From: Solirubrobacterales bacterium
GTDB taxonomy: Bacteria; Actinomycetota; Thermoleophilia; Solirubrobacterales; 70-9
Direction: 5' to 3'
DNA length: 64,000 nt
Assembly: GCA_046091385.1 (NCBI GenBank)
Contig: JBJTBP010000025.1
Location: 27,681-91,680 of the forward strand
Below the pieces are notes generated by a model that did no database searches, had not been told where the DNA came from, and worked only from the letters and a program-made list of their open reading frames with translations. Below, piece by piece: positions 19,017 through 29,251 of the stretch; the first letter of the stretch is position 1, and the number at the start of each line of letters is the position of its first letter. Both the position numbers and the translations under genes were made by a program.

Positions 19017-20888
19017 TCAGGCCGGCCTCCTGAAGACCGCGAGCACCTCGTCCAGCTCACCGCCCCGGAGCAGGCGACAGCTCGCCACGTAGGCCAGACC
19101 GCCGAGGCCGAGTGCAGCGGCGAGTCCGACCGCATCGGCGAGGGTTCCCGAACCCAGCAATCGGTCGCTCAGTTCCCAGACCTGCCAGCAGACCACCGCC
19201 AGGACGAGGGAGGCAAGACCCGTCTTCACGGTGGTCACCAACAGCGGCAGCGCCTCGAGGCCACCGATCCGGGGCCGGATCAGCAGAGCCTGGAAGAAGA
19301 CCGACAGCGCAGTTGCGATAGCGGTGGCCGCGACAATCCCGGCGACCCCGTACGGCTCGTAGAAGGCCCAGGCAAGTCCGGCGGTGACCGCGAGGTTGAG
19401 GCCGGCCACTGCGGTCGGGATCCAGGGCTGCTGGAGGCCGAAGAAGGCCCGGCTGAGCAACAGGTAGAGCCCATTGGTCGGCAGGGCAAAGGCGAACCAG
19501 AAGAGGGCGGTTGCGACGAGGACGGTCTGCTCGGGTCCGAACTCCCCCCGCTGGTAGACGAGTCGGATCATCGGATCGGCGAGGACCAGGATCGCCGCGC
19601 TCGCCGGCAGCAGGATGAAGACGACCTGGCGCATCCCCTTGCCGAGGGTCCGCCTGAGGTTGGTGAAGTCGCGGCTGTTGGCGAACCTGGCCAGGGTCGG
19701 GAAGATCACGGTCGCAATCGCCACCGAGAAGATCCCCTGGGGCAGCTGGTAGATCCGGAACGCCTTGTCGATTCCGGCCGGCGCCTGCTCGCTTACGAGG
19801 CTTCCGAAGAAGCTGTTGATGACGAGGTTGAAGTTGACCAGCCCGAGACTGAGCGTCACCGGGAGCATCAGGATCAGCACCCGACGCAGCTTCGGATCGC
19901 GGAAGTCGAACTTGAGGGTCATCCGGAACGGGGTGTTCCGCAAGTCCCAGGTCTGGATCGCGAGTTGGACGACCGTACCGGCGACCACCCCGATCGCGTA
20001 GGCGTAGATCCGCTGGTCCTCGGGGAGCATCGGTACCCCGATGACCACGACCGCGATGATCGTCAGGTTCCAGAACAGGGGCGATATCGCGAATGCACCG
20101 AACCGGTCGTAGCTGTTGAGGATCCCGACCACCACGCCCGACGCCCCGAGCAGGACAAGGATCGGGAACATGATCTGGGACATCACGACCATCAGCCCCT
20201 CGACGAACGGGTCGAAACCGGGGGCGAACAGGGGCATGATCAGGCCGGCTCCGAGGATGAAGAGGGCCGAGATAGCCCCGAGGACCATCACCACCAGGAG
20301 GAGCAGGGTCGAGGCAAGACGGAATGCCTCGAACACCTTGCCCCGACCGAGCTGCTCGGTGAATACCGGCACGAAGGCCGGCTGGAGCGCGGCGTCTGCG
20401 AACAGGGCCCGGATCAGGTTGGGAACCTGAAATGCCACGGTGAAGGCCGACATCGGACCGGAGATGCCGAACAGCGCCGCGGCGACCACCTCCCGGGCGA
20501 GCCCCGCGACCCGGGACGCAGCCGTGGCGACCGAGAAGAAGGCGGTCGACCGCACGAGGTGGCCGCCCCGCGGTCGGTCCTCGATCGCTTCGCCGGTCGG
20601 AGCAACTCCCGTACCGGACTCCTCCCGGGCGGCCTCGACCACCTCCGAGACAAGGGGGGTCGAGACCCCACCCTCCTCGGCCAGTTCACCCCGCGCAGTC
20701 CAGAAACCGGCATCACGCCCGGCCGGGGTCGGGACCGTCTCCGGCTCGGCCTCCCCCAGGGGCCCCGGTCCGCCCTCGAGCCGATCGAGCGCCTGCTCGG
20801 CGCGCCGGGCCGCCCGCTCGAACGATTCGAGCGGGTCGACCTCGTCTCGGTCCAGTCCGTCCCCTTCTTTCCTGCCTTCCCGGGCCAT
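19017..20888 (-). CDS. murJ: lipid II flippase MurJ (MviN) with ~100-aa acidic N-terminal extension
   Basis: The core reads LVRSTAFFSVATAASRVAGLAREVVAAALFGISGPMSAFTVAFQVPNLIRALFADAALQPAFVPVF and has 14 TM-like segments. I take the start at ATG 20888 (MAREGRKEG). The track start at 20954 would lie 3 nt from the divergent rpsT ATG and would cover the rpsT -10. The true start may be further downstream. Confidence 0.85.
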   Translation of the reverse strand: MAREGRKEGDGLDRDEVDPLESFERAARRAEQALDRLEGGPGPLGEAEPETVPTPAGRDAGFWTARGELAEEGGVSTPLVSEVVEAAREESGTGVAPTGEAIEDRPRGGHLVRSTAFFSVATAASRVAGLAREVVAAALFGISGPMSAFTVAFQVPNLIRALFADAALQPAFVPVFTEQLGRGKVFEAFRLASTLLLLVVMVLGAISALFILGAGLIMPLFAPGFDPFVEGLMVVMSQIMFPILVLLGASGVVVGILNSYDRFGAFAISPLFWNLTIIAVVVIGVPMLPEDQRIYAYAIGVVAGTVVQLAIQTWDLRNTPFRMTLKFDFRDPKLRRVLILMLPVTLSLGLVNFNLVINSFFGSLVSEQAPAGIDKAFRIYQLPQGIFSVAIATVIFPTLARFANSRDFTNLRRTLGKGMRQVVFILLPASAAILVLADPMIRLVYQRGEFGPEQTVLVATALFWFAFALPTNGLYLLLSRAFFGLQQPWIPTAVAGLNLAVTAGLAWAFYEPYGVAGIVAATAIATALSVFFQALLIRPRIGGLEALPLLVTTVKTGLASLVLAVVCWQVWELSDRLLGSGTLADAVGLAAALGLGGLAYVASCRLLRGGELDEVLAVFRRPA

Positions 20889-20900
20889 CTCACCTATCGG

Positions 20901-20906
20901 TATAGT
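20901..20906 (+). promoter_or_regulatory. candidate -10 hexamer TATAGT for rpsT
   Basis: This is a near-consensus TATAAT-like hexamer 51 nt upstream of the rpsT ATG in otherwise GC-rich sequence. No convincing -35 is seen. Confidence 0.35.
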
Positions 20907-20957
20907 CCGCGACCCCTCGACGGGTCCCGGAAGGAACCCGACGGGGCGGTACATGCC

Positions 20958-21218
20958 ATGGCAAACATCGCCTCACAGAAGAAGAGAATCGTCAGGACGG
21001 AACGCGAGCGGGTCGAGAACCGCCGCCTCACCTCGACCGTGAAAACCCACTTCCGCCGGCTCGAAGGAGCGGTCGAAGGCGGAGATTCCGGCAAGATCGC
21101 CGATGAGCACCGTCTTCTGGTCTCGAAGATCGACAAAGCCGTGAGCAAGGGCGCCCTCCATCGAAACAACGGGGCGCGCAAGAAGGCGAAGGCTGCACGC
21201 CTCGCCGCCAGTTCCTGA
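20958..21218 (+). CDS. rpsT: 30S ribosomal protein S20
   Basis: These are the last 86 codons of the 773-aa plus-strand track ORF: MANIASQKKRIVRTERERVENRRLTSTVKTHFRRLE...KGALHRNNGARKKAKAARL. The rest of that ORF is shadow of the murJ and membrane-protein genes. Confidence 0.93.
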   Translation: MANIASQKKRIVRTERERVENRRLTSTVKTHFRRLEGAVEGGDSGKIADEHRLLVSKIDKAVSKGALHRNNGARKKAKAARLAASS

Positions 21219-21242
21219 CCGCCGGGAAGGGCCGGTACAGGA

Positions 21243-22220
21243 TCAGACATCGGCCGTGGCGGCCACCATGGCGAGTTCGAGTGCGAGGCCGTCCGGGTAG
21301 TCGGCTCCTCCCCTGGTCCAGAGCTCGAGGTCGGCGAGTGCGATCGAGGCACTTCGGAGGGCATCCGGAGAGGCACCCCTCACCGACTCGATCAGGCGCC
21401 TGACCAGGAAAGGGGGAAGGTCGATCGCCTGTTCGACCGACCTCGGTGGTTCACCCGCCTCGAGCAGCGAGACGGCCCGGTGGGCACGGCGAACCGCGGC
21501 GGCGGTCGGGTAGACCAGGGAAGTGACCGAGGCACCCTGGGCCTGCAGTTTCGAGGAGGCCCCTAGAGCCCGACCCCGGTCGCCCGCAACCAGGGCATCC
21601 CCGAGGGCGAAGATGCTGGTCTCGGTCAGGTCGGCGACCATTCCCTCCAGGTCCTCGACCTCGACCCGGCCGCCCTCGCCGGCCCAGAGGGCGAGGCGGT
21701 CCAGCTCGTTGCCGAGCCTGGTCGGGGACTCCCCCAGGTGGGCCACCAGGAACCGGGCCGCCTCGGGATCGAGCTCGAAACCTCGCCGGTCGGCCTCCGC
21801 GACCAGGTGGGGTGGCAGGTCCCTTCCGGTCGGGGCCTCGAAGGAGCGGCTCTCGCCCCCGGCGGCCTTGACGGCCTCGGCGATCCCGGCCGGAACCTTG
21901 CCCCGACTGATCAGCACCAGGCAGGTCTCCTCATCCATTCCCGGGATTGCCCCGGCCACGGTCTCGGCCTGCCGTTTGCCCCACTTCTCGATTCCATCGG
22001 CGAGCAGGTAGCGGCGACCGGCGACCAGGCTCATCGCCCCGAGGGCAACGGCGAGAGCCTCGGCGTCGGGGCTGCCGCGACCCTCGGTCGGCTCGAAGAC
22101 CTCGATCGCCGCGTCGCCACCTTCCGCGAGGGCCCGGTCCCGCAGACGGGACCTGGCAAGGTCGACCTTGGCCAGGTCTGAGCCGTGGATCAGGTAGACG
22201 GGCTTGATCTGGTCTGCCAC
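21243..22220 (-). CDS. holA: DNA polymerase III delta subunit
   Basis: 325 aa with the N-terminus KPVYLIHGSDLAKVDLARSRLRD. The position downstream of comEC and convergent with rpsT is the conserved holA slot. Confidence 0.8.
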   Translation of the reverse strand: MADQIKPVYLIHGSDLAKVDLARSRLRDRALAEGGDAAIEVFEPTEGRGSPDAEALAVALGAMSLVAGRRYLLADGIEKWGKRQAETVAGAIPGMDEETCLVLISRGKVPAGIAEAVKAAGGESRSFEAPTGRDLPPHLVAEADRRGFELDPEAARFLVAHLGESPTRLGNELDRLALWAGEGGRVEVEDLEGMVADLTETSIFALGDALVAGDRGRALGASSKLQAQGASVTSLVYPTAAAVRRAHRAVSLLEAGEPPRSVEQAIDLPPFLVRRLIESVRGASPDALRSASIALADLELWTRGGADYPDGLALELAMVAATADV

Positions 22221-22259
22221 CCCTCCATTGTCGCCTCGTCGGCGGCGGCCCGGGGAGCC

Positions 22260-24494
22260 TCAACCGCTCTTTTCGACCGATATCCGGCCCGAGGGCTCGA
22301 CCAGGACCGAGATCGAGCCATCCCGGTCGGTCCGATAGGTGCTCGACCCGGCCTCCCCAAGTGCGGAAGTGGTCGAGTCGACGGGGTGGCCGTACGGGTT
22401 TGCTTCCCCGGCGGAGATCAGCGCGATCGCCGGCCCGGTGCTTGCCAGAAAGTCGGGAAGGCCGACATCCTCGCTGCCGTGGTGTGCCACCTTGAGGACG
22501 TCGAGCGGTCCGGGGTCGAGCGGAACCAGCTCTGATTCGGCATCCCCGGTGAGCAGGATGGTCCGGCCGGCGATCCGGATCAGCAGGACTACCGAGCGGG
22601 CGTTCCGGTCGCCAGGAACCGTGGTGGAGGTCCCGGGGGGAGGCCAGAGGACCTCCAGCTCGGCCGGGCCGAGTCGGAAGAGGTCACCGGTCCCGATCCG
22701 GCGAAATGCCGCCCCCTCGGACCGGATCGCTGTCCTCATCGCATTGGTCGTCTGGTCGGCCAGGACCGAACCGACCTCGAATCGCTCGAGGACCCGATCG
22801 AACTCCCCGACGTGGTCGCGGTCGAGATGGGTAAGGACGAGCGCACCGAGTCGGCCCCCTCCCGATTCGCCGATCGCTCCTGCCACGTCACCGCCCGGTG
22901 GACCGGTATCGACCAGGACCGGGTCAGCCGATCCTGTCCGGATCAGGATTGCATCGCCCTGGCCGATATCGAGGGTGTCAACCGCGATGCCTCCAGCCGG
23001 CGGAGGAGGTAGCGCTCCCTTCGATCCAACCAGGACTCCCCCGACCGGAAGCACCAGGCTGAGTCCGATCAGGGCGAAGGCCCAGGCCGGTCGCCTGAGG
23101 ACCAGGAAGGTAAGGAGGGCGGCAGCCAACGCCCCACCGGCCAGGGTGGCCGGCCCTCCGCCCGTGTCGAGCACCTGTCCGGCCCCGCCGAACAGGGAGG
23201 CGACCCAGCCGATGAAGGCCAACAGGACGGAGTTGGCCAGGTTGAAGGGAAGGGCGAGCCAGGGGGCGAGCTGACCGATCGTGGCCGCAAGCATCCCGAG
23301 CCACATCGAAGGGGCGACGGCCGGCAGCGCAAGGAGGTTGGCCGCGACCGTTCCGAGGGGGAGCCTGCCGAAGTGGAAACCGATCAGCGGCAGGGTCGCG
23401 AGGGTCGCCGCGACGGTGACCGAGACACCGAGCGAGAGCTCTTCACCGAACCGCCCGGCACGGCCGCCGAGAAACTCGAGGATCCGATCGGAGATCGGTC
23501 GGGCGAGCACCAGGATCCCGACCACCGCAGCAAAACTGAGTTGCCAGCCGACATCTCCTGCCGAAAAGGGGTTGAGGCCGAGGGTGAGGGCCGCCGCGAG
23601 GACGACCGGGAAGACCCTGTCGAGTGGCCTTTCGACGGAGGCCGCGGCAAGACCGGCCAATCCCATGACCCCGGCCCGCTGGATCGAGGGACCGCTCCCC
23701 GCCAGGGGTACGTAGAGGCAGACCAGTCCGGCGAGGACGGGATACCGGAACCGGAGGGGAACCCCGAACACCGAAAGGACCACCCAGGCGAGCAGGAGCA
23801 GGAGCATCACGTTCTGGCCACTGACCGCGAGCAGGTGGGCGAGGCCCGAGTCCCGGAAGCGGTCGGTGACCTGGGGTTCGATCGCCTGGTCCTGACCGAG
23901 AACGAAACCGCGGGCCAGGGCAGCCTGAGGCGCGGGGATCCCGAACCCGAGCGCCTCCTGGGCCCGGTTCCTTACCGAATCCACGATGCCCCGGAACCCG
24001 CCCCGATCCGCTGGGCCGAATCTCACCCTCCGGGCTGCGAGGGCGAGTCCGATTCCCTCGGCCCTCAGCCCCGATGAGAGCCAGGTGGGCGGTTCCTCGA
24101 GCTCACCGACCAACTCGACCCGATCCCCTGGGCCGGGGCCTTCGGGCAGCCCACCTCCCGCCTCGACCAGGAGTCGGCCTCCGGGGCACTCGACGGCTGC
24201 CTTCCACCCGTCGGCATTCCGGCGGGGTGGTTCCAGCAAGAGACAGGTGGCCGAGAGCTCTTCCCCGGGACTACCCGAAAGGGCCTGACCTTCGATCGCC
24301 TCGATCCTCCAGCTCCCGATCGCGAGCCCGGCGATCGCAGCTGCGGCCGCGGTCAGGGCGAGTGCTGCGGGACCACGATTTCCCGAGAGCAGCACCAGAG
24401 TCCCCGCCAGAAGCAGAAGACTGGCCGGGAGGAACGGGGTTGCTCCGACCAGGGGCGAGACACCGAGTCCCAGCGCCAGGCCGCCAAGGGCCAC
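22260..24494 (-). CDS. comEC: DNA internalisation competence protein ComEC/Rec2 with C-terminal metallo-beta-lactamase domain
   Basis: 744 aa with a multi-TM competence domain (FRDSGLAHLLAVSGQNV). The MBL motif is DIGQGDAILIR...LTHLDRDHVGE...KVAHHGS. Confidence 0.88.
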   Translation of the reverse strand: MALGGLALGLGVSPLVGATPFLPASLLLLAGTLVLLSGNRGPAALALTAAAAAIAGLAIGSWRIEAIEGQALSGSPGEELSATCLLLEPPRRNADGWKAAVECPGGRLLVEAGGGLPEGPGPGDRVELVGELEEPPTWLSSGLRAEGIGLALAARRVRFGPADRGGFRGIVDSVRNRAQEALGFGIPAPQAALARGFVLGQDQAIEPQVTDRFRDSGLAHLLAVSGQNVMLLLLLAWVVLSVFGVPLRFRYPVLAGLVCLYVPLAGSGPSIQRAGVMGLAGLAAASVERPLDRVFPVVLAAALTLGLNPFSAGDVGWQLSFAAVVGILVLARPISDRILEFLGGRAGRFGEELSLGVSVTVAATLATLPLIGFHFGRLPLGTVAANLLALPAVAPSMWLGMLAATIGQLAPWLALPFNLANSVLLAFIGWVASLFGGAGQVLDTGGGPATLAGGALAAALLTFLVLRRPAWAFALIGLSLVLPVGGVLVGSKGALPPPPAGGIAVDTLDIGQGDAILIRTGSADPVLVDTGPPGGDVAGAIGESGGGRLGALVLTHLDRDHVGEFDRVLERFEVGSVLADQTTNAMRTAIRSEGAAFRRIGTGDLFRLGPAELEVLWPPPGTSTTVPGDRNARSVVLLIRIAGRTILLTGDAESELVPLDPGPLDVLKVAHHGSEDVGLPDFLASTGPAIALISAGEANPYGHPVDSTTSALGEAGSSTYRTDRDGSISVLVEPSGRISVEKSG

Positions 24495-24541
24495 GGTCCT
24501 CCACTCCCCAAGGACCGGCTCGAGCCGGAGGAGGCGCTTTC

Positions 24542-25117
24542 TCAGGGTTGGAGCGCCGAGCGGAGTGACTCCATCGTGACCGGTCCGACCCCGCTTATCC
24601 GGTCGAGGTCGTCGACCGAGGAGACGCCACCCTGGGAGTCGCGGAACTCGAGGATCCGCTGGGCCGTCACCGGACCGATCCCGTCGATCCGTTCCAGGTC
24701 GGCCTGGGTCGCCGTCCCGAGACTCACAGGAGCATCGGTCGCGGCCCCGGGGACGGGTGACCGGCCCGTGCCGCGGACCGGTACGACGACCTGCTGGCCA
24801 TCGGCGAGGAGGGCGGCGCGATTGATCGCCCCCGGCAGGCCATTGCCGGTTGCTCCCCCGGCCCGCTCGATTGCATCGATCACCCTGCTGCCCCTCGGCA
24901 CCTTGTAGACGCCCGGTCGAGCGACCGCTCCCGAGACGTCCACGGTCAGCGGTCGACTGACCACCTTCGGAGCGATCGGACCCCCATCGGAACCGGAGAC
25001 CACTTCGGTCCCGTCGTCCTGCCCGCGTAGCACCGCAATGCCGACGACCACCACGACGGCGCCGACCAGCAGGTAGGTCAGCGCTTTGCTCCGATCGAAT
25101 TCGGGGAGGTCGGACAT
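24542..25117 (-). CDS. comEA: ComEA DNA receptor (TM anchor, SLBB-like region, tandem helix-hairpin-helix)
   Basis: The HhH motifs are LERIDGIGPVTAQRILEFR and LDRISGVGPVTMESL. There is an N-terminal TM helix. Confidence 0.85.
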   Translation of the reverse strand: MSDLPEFDRSKALTYLLVGAVVVVVGIAVLRGQDDGTEVVSGSDGGPIAPKVVSRPLTVDVSGAVARPGVYKVPRGSRVIDAIERAGGATGNGLPGAINRAALLADGQQVVVPVRGTGRSPVPGAATDAPVSLGTATQADLERIDGIGPVTAQRILEFRDSQGGVSSVDDLDRISGVGPVTMESLRSALQP

Positions 25118-25199
25118 GAGCCGACCCTGCCTCGTTTCAGGTCACGAAAGGCTCAGGCGGGTCAATTCCGGCACGGACCGCGCGCCCGGGTGAGTACCG

Positions 25200-27704
25200 C
25201 TATGCGCCCCGAACGACGAAGTTGACCAGGCGTCCGGGAACGAATACCTCCTTGACCACCTCACCCTCTTCGAGATGCTTCGCAGCGTTACCGGCTGAAC
25301 GGGCGAGGGCGAGTACCTCCTCCTCGCCGGCGCCCTCGGCTACTTCGATCCTGTCGCGGACCTTGCCATTCACCTGGACGACGATCTCGACGGTGTCCGA
25401 AGTGAGGAGTTCGGGGTCCGCTTCGGGCCACGGTTCCCTCCAGACCTGGCCACCGACCAGCATCTCCCAGACCTCGGCTGCGAGATGGGGCGCGAACGGC
25501 TGGATCAGCGATGCAGCCGTCGCCACCGAGTAGCGGAGGACCGCCAGTCCCGACTCCGACCCTTCGAGCTCGTCCCTCAGCCGGTACGTCTCGTTGACCA
25601 GCTCCATGACCGCAGCGATCACGGTGTTGAACTGGAAGTCCCGGCTGAAGTCCCTGATCGCCTTGTCGATTGCCCAGCTGGCCTTGGCGGCCAGCTCGCG
25701 GGCCGGTCCGTCGATTCCTTCCGGGCACCGGGCGGCTTGGGGGTCCGGTTCATCGGGGGCGAGGTCGGAGGCAATGCGCCAGAGCCTCGCCAGGAAGCGG
25801 TTGACCCCCTCGACCCCTTCGTCGGTCCAGTCCCCTCCCCGCTCGGGTGGCCCCATGAAGCAGACGTAGGTCCGTGCCGAATCTGCCCCGAACCGCTCGA
25901 CGTACTCGGCCGGGCTGACCGTGTTCCCCTTGGACTTCGACATCTTCGCCCCGTCCCTGGTGATCATTCCCTGGGCGAACAGGTTCCGGAAGGGCTCGGC
26001 CGTCTCGAGGTGGCCGAGGTCGGCCAATGCCTTGACGACGAAGCGGGCGTAGAGCAGGTGGAGGATCGCGTGCTCGACGCCACCGATGTACTGATCGACC
26101 GGCATCCAGTGGTCGGCCTTGGCCCGATCGAAGGCCGCAGTCCCGTTCTCGGGGTCGAGGTAGCGCAGGAAGTACCAGGACGAATCGACGAAGGTGTCCA
26201 TCGTGTCGGTCTCCCGACGGGCATCCGAGCCGCAGGCGGGGCAGGCGACCTCGACCCACGAGGTGGCAGCCTCGAGCGGACTCTTGCCCTTCGGTGCGTA
26301 GTCGTCCACCTCCGGCAGGACGACCGGCAAATCCTCCTCCGGGACGGGGACGATCCCGCAATCCGGGCAGTGGACGACCGGGATCGGGGCGCCCCAGTAA
26401 CGCTGTCTCGAGACCAGCCAGTCCCGCAACCGGAAGTTGACCGAGGGGCCGCCCCTGCCCTCCTCCTTGAGCCAGACCACGATCTCGGGATAGGCCTCGC
26501 GGTTGTCCTCGCCGTCGAACCTCCCCGAGTTGACCATCGGGCCGTCCCCGGTGTAGGGAAGGCCGTCCTCGTCACCGGGGGCGTCGGGATCCGCGCCCTC
26601 GATCACCCTCCGGATCGGCAGGTCGAACTCCCGTGCGAACCCGTAGTCGCGCTCGTCGTGGGCCGGCACTGCCATCACGGCCCCGGTGCCGTAGTCCATC
26701 AGGACGTAGTCGGCGACGAACATCGGAATCTCCTCGCCGTTGACCGGGTTGGTGACCGTCCTGCCAAGGGGGACCCCGGTCTTCGGCCGATCGCCCTCGG
26801 CCCTCTCCCCCGGTGTCTCCCTCGAGACCTGGTTGACGTACTCGCGCACCGGACCCTCGGCATCGGTACCGGCGACGAGGCGCTCGAGCTCGGGATGCTC
26901 GGGCGCGAGGACGAAGAAGGTTGCCCCGAACAGGGTGTCGGGTCGGGTGGTGAAGACCGGGAACTCGATCCCGGCCTCCTCACAGCGGAAGGTCACCTCT
27001 GCCCCTTCCGAGCGGCCGATCCAGTTGCGCTGCATGGTGACGACATGCTCCGGCCAGGACTCGAGCAGGTCGAAATCGGCGAGCAGCCGGTCGGCGACGG
27101 CGGTGGTCCGGAAGAACCACTGCTCGAGGTTGCGGGTCTCGACCTCGGTGCCGCACCGCTCGCACCGACCGTCGACCACCTGCTCGTTGGCGAGCACAGT
27201 CGCATCCTCGGGACACCAGTGGACGGGCGCCCGGTCGCGGTAGGCCAGCCCCGCCTCGAGCAGCTGGAGGAAGATCCACTGGGTCCACCGGTAGTACTCG
27301 GGGGTGTGGGTCGCGACCTCTCGCGACCAGTCGATCGAGATCCCCCACTCCCTGAACTGTCGGCTGAACGAGTCGATCGACCGGGTGGTTGCCTCCAGGG
27401 GCGGCTCACCGGTCTTGATCGCGTTGTTTTCAGCCGGCAGGCCGAAAGAGTCGTAGCCCATCGGGTGGATCACCTGAAAGCCGTTCCGGCGGCGGAAGTG
27501 GGCGATCGCATCGCCCACCGCGTAGCACTTGAGGTGGCCCACGTGGGGTTCGCCCGAGGGGTACGGGAGCATCTCCAGGACGTAGGCACTGGGCTGGGAC
27601 TGGTCGAATCCGTCCTCCCCCGGCCCGGCCACCCGCCAGGCGTCCTCGCGCTCCCAGACTTCCTGCCAGCGCTGCTCTATCGCACGGGGCTCGTAGCGGC
27701 TCAC
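25200..27704 (-). CDS. leuS: leucyl-tRNA synthetase
   Basis: 834 aa. The HIGH-type motif is [12 protein letters not shown], the KMSKS motif is [12 protein letters not shown], and the editing-domain region reads [12 protein letters not shown]. Confidence 0.95.
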   Translation of the reverse strand: MSRYEPRAIEQRWQEVWEREDAWRVAGPGEDGFDQSQPSAYVLEMLPYPSGEPHVGHLKCYAVGDAIAHFRRRNGFQVIHPMGYDSFGLPAENNAIKTGEPPLEATTRSIDSFSRQFREWGISIDWSREVATHTPEYYRWTQWIFLQLLEAGLAYRDRAPVHWCPEDATVLANEQVVDGRCERCGTEVETRNLEQWFFRTTAVADRLLADFDLLESWPEHVVTMQRNWIGRSEGAEVTFRCEEAGIEFPVFTTRPDTLFGATFFVLAPEHPELERLVAGTDAEGPVREYVNQVSRETPGERAEGDRPKTGVPLGRTVTNPVNGEEIPMFVADYVLMDYGTGAVMAVPAHDERDYGFAREFDLPIRRVIEGADPDAPGDEDGLPYTGDGPMVNSGRFDGEDNREAYPEIVVWLKEEGRGGPSVNFRLRDWLVSRQRYWGAPIPVVHCPDCGIVPVPEEDLPVVLPEVDDYAPKGKSPLEAATSWVEVACPACGSDARRETDTMDTFVDSSWYFLRYLDPENGTAAFDRAKADHWMPVDQYIGGVEHAILHLLYARFVVKALADLGHLETAEPFRNLFAQGMITRDGAKMSKSKGNTVSPAEYVERFGADSARTYVCFMGPPERGGDWTDEGVEGVNRFLARLWRIASDLAPDEPDPQAARCPEGIDGPARELAAKASWAIDKAIRDFSRDFQFNTVIAAVMELVNETYRLRDELEGSESGLAVLRYSVATAASLIQPFAPHLAAEVWEMLVGGQVWREPWPEADPELLTSDTVEIVVQVNGKVRDRIEVAEGAGEEEVLALARSAGNAAKHLEEGEVVKEVFVPGRLVNFVVRGA

Positions 27705-27724
27705 CGGCGCAGTCTACGAGCCGC

Positions 27725-28687
27725 TCAGGTGGTGGCGGGGCGCCACTGGCGGATGTCCGGCAGCGAAGTCAGGTGCGGTTCCACCCGGTCCCGGATCGCC
27801 TCGAAATCGGGCGGCAGGGAGAGTTTCTCGCCGAGGGTCCCGGGCTCCTCGTCGGTCGCGAAGCCCGGCCCCATCGTCGCCAGTTCGAACAGGACCCCAC
27901 CCGGCTCCCGAAAGTAGACGGCCTCGAAGTAGAAGCGATCGATCACCGGCGTGGCGAACAGGCCGGATGCGGTGACACGCTCCTGCCAGGCCTCCTGCTG
28001 GTCCAGCCGGGTGGCCCAGGCGAGGTGGTGGACGGTGCCCGCCCCGGGCTTCCCGTAGTGGCCCGGTGGCTGGTCGAGTCGGTAGGTGCCGGTTCGACCG
28101 CCGTCGGTGGTGGTCCAGGACTCCGGTCCGGACTGCTCGAAGCCGAGCAGGTCGACCAGGACCGAGGCGGTCGCCGGTCCGTTGGCCGACCAGGCACGGA
28201 CCGAGTCGAAACCGCGGATCGCATGCTCCGGGGGTACCTCGGAATGGAGCGGGATGAGGTCCGGGTCGGGACCCTCGTAGACCGTGAGCTCGTGATTCAG
28301 ACCCTCCGGGTCCGAGAAGAGGAGCGAGTCGTCCTCCACACCGGTCTCGACCCCCGCCCCCTCGAGCCGATCACGCCACCAGGCGATCGAGTCGGTCGAG
28401 CGGACCCGCCAGACGATCCGGTGGATCATCCCGGGGCCTGCCAGGCCGGGTGAGGCGCCGGGGTACTCGAAGAAGGTGAGGTCGAACCCGGGGCTGCCCT
28501 GCTCGTCTCCATAGAAGAGGTGGTAGACCGACGGGTCGTCCTGGTTGACCGTCTTCTTGACCATCCTCATGCCGAGGAGCCCGACGTAGAACTCGACGTT
28601 TCGGGGCGCATTCCCGGTGATGCAGCTGATGTGGTGGATTCCCTCCAGCCTCATCGCTGAAGGGTCAGACCCTGGTTGCTCGGCCAC
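27725..28687 (-). CDS. two-domain VOC/glyoxalase-family ring-cleaving dioxygenase-like protein (MhqO/YfiE-like)
   Basis: The N-terminus reads GIHHISCITGNAPRNVEFYVGLLGMRMVKKTVNQDDPSVYHLFYGD and a second VOC repeat contains HHLAWAT. The substrate is unknown. Confidence 0.78.
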   Translation of the reverse strand: MAEQPGSDPSAMRLEGIHHISCITGNAPRNVEFYVGLLGMRMVKKTVNQDDPSVYHLFYGDEQGSPGFDLTFFEYPGASPGLAGPGMIHRIVWRVRSTDSIAWWRDRLEGAGVETGVEDDSLLFSDPEGLNHELTVYEGPDPDLIPLHSEVPPEHAIRGFDSVRAWSANGPATASVLVDLLGFEQSGPESWTTTDGGRTGTYRLDQPPGHYGKPGAGTVHHLAWATRLDQQEAWQERVTASGLFATPVIDRFYFEAVYFREPGGVLFELATMGPGFATDEEPGTLGEKLSLPPDFEAIRDRVEPHLTSLPDIRQWRPATT

Positions 28688-28782
28688 GGGCCAAGGATAC
28701 GGGCCGCCAGGAATCGGCCAGGGGCGCTTAGTCAGGTGTCGAATGACACGGACTACGCCGTCCGGCTACCATTCCGCGCGGG

Positions 28783-29238
28783 ATGGGAATCCTCACCGCA
28801 GAACGTTCGATCGAGATCGAGGCGCCCCGCGCCGCATGCTGGGCGATCATCGCCGACCTCGAGGCCACCCCGGAGTGGCAGGAATCGATGGTCAAGGCAA
28901 AGATCCTCGAGTCCGACTCCGAAGACAGGGGCACCCTGGTCGAGATCACATCGGACGCCAAGGTGCGCGCCGTCACCTCACGGATCTCCTTCTCCTACGA
29001 GCCCGAGACGAAGATGACCTGGGAGCAGGAGAAGGGCGACCTGAAGTGGCTCAAGGGGTCCTGGCTCCTGGAAGAGGTCTCGGATGCAGTGACCAGGGCC
29101 GTCTACCGGCTGGAAGCCGACACCGGACGGGTGCTCGGACTGCTGGTCAAGGGGCCGGTCGCCGACAAGGTCAAGGACATGTTGACCTCCGACGCGACCG
29201 AGGGCCTGAAGCGCTGGGCCGAGCGTCGCGACAGCTGA
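28783..29238 (+). CDS. SRPBCC (START/polyketide cyclase-dehydrase-like) family protein
   Basis: 151 aa beginning AERSIEIEAPRAACWAIIADLEATPEWQESMV, the typical N-terminal signature of this fold. It diverges from the VOC gene. Confidence 0.7.
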   Translation: MGILTAERSIEIEAPRAACWAIIADLEATPEWQESMVKAKILESDSEDRGTLVEITSDAKVRAVTSRISFSYEPETKMTWEQEKGDLKWLKGSWLLEEVSDAVTRAVYRLEADTGRVLGLLVKGPVADKVKDMLTSDATEGLKRWAERRDS

Positions 29239-29251
29239 CCGGCCGCCCCGC

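Noticed and set aside
18897-20957. N-terminal ~686 codons of the 773-aa plus-strand ORF that ends in rpsT
   Set aside because: Only the last 86 codons (MANIASQKK...) are S20. The rest is antisense to murJ and the 670-aa membrane protein and is Arg/Gly/Glu/Asp low-complexity sequence.
25485-27917. 810-aa plus-strand ORF antisense to leuS and the VOC gene
   Set aside because: It is a shadow of leuS, whose HIGH and KMSKS motifs are on the minus strand. The composition is Arg/Gly/Pro/Asp-rich and it spans two real genes.
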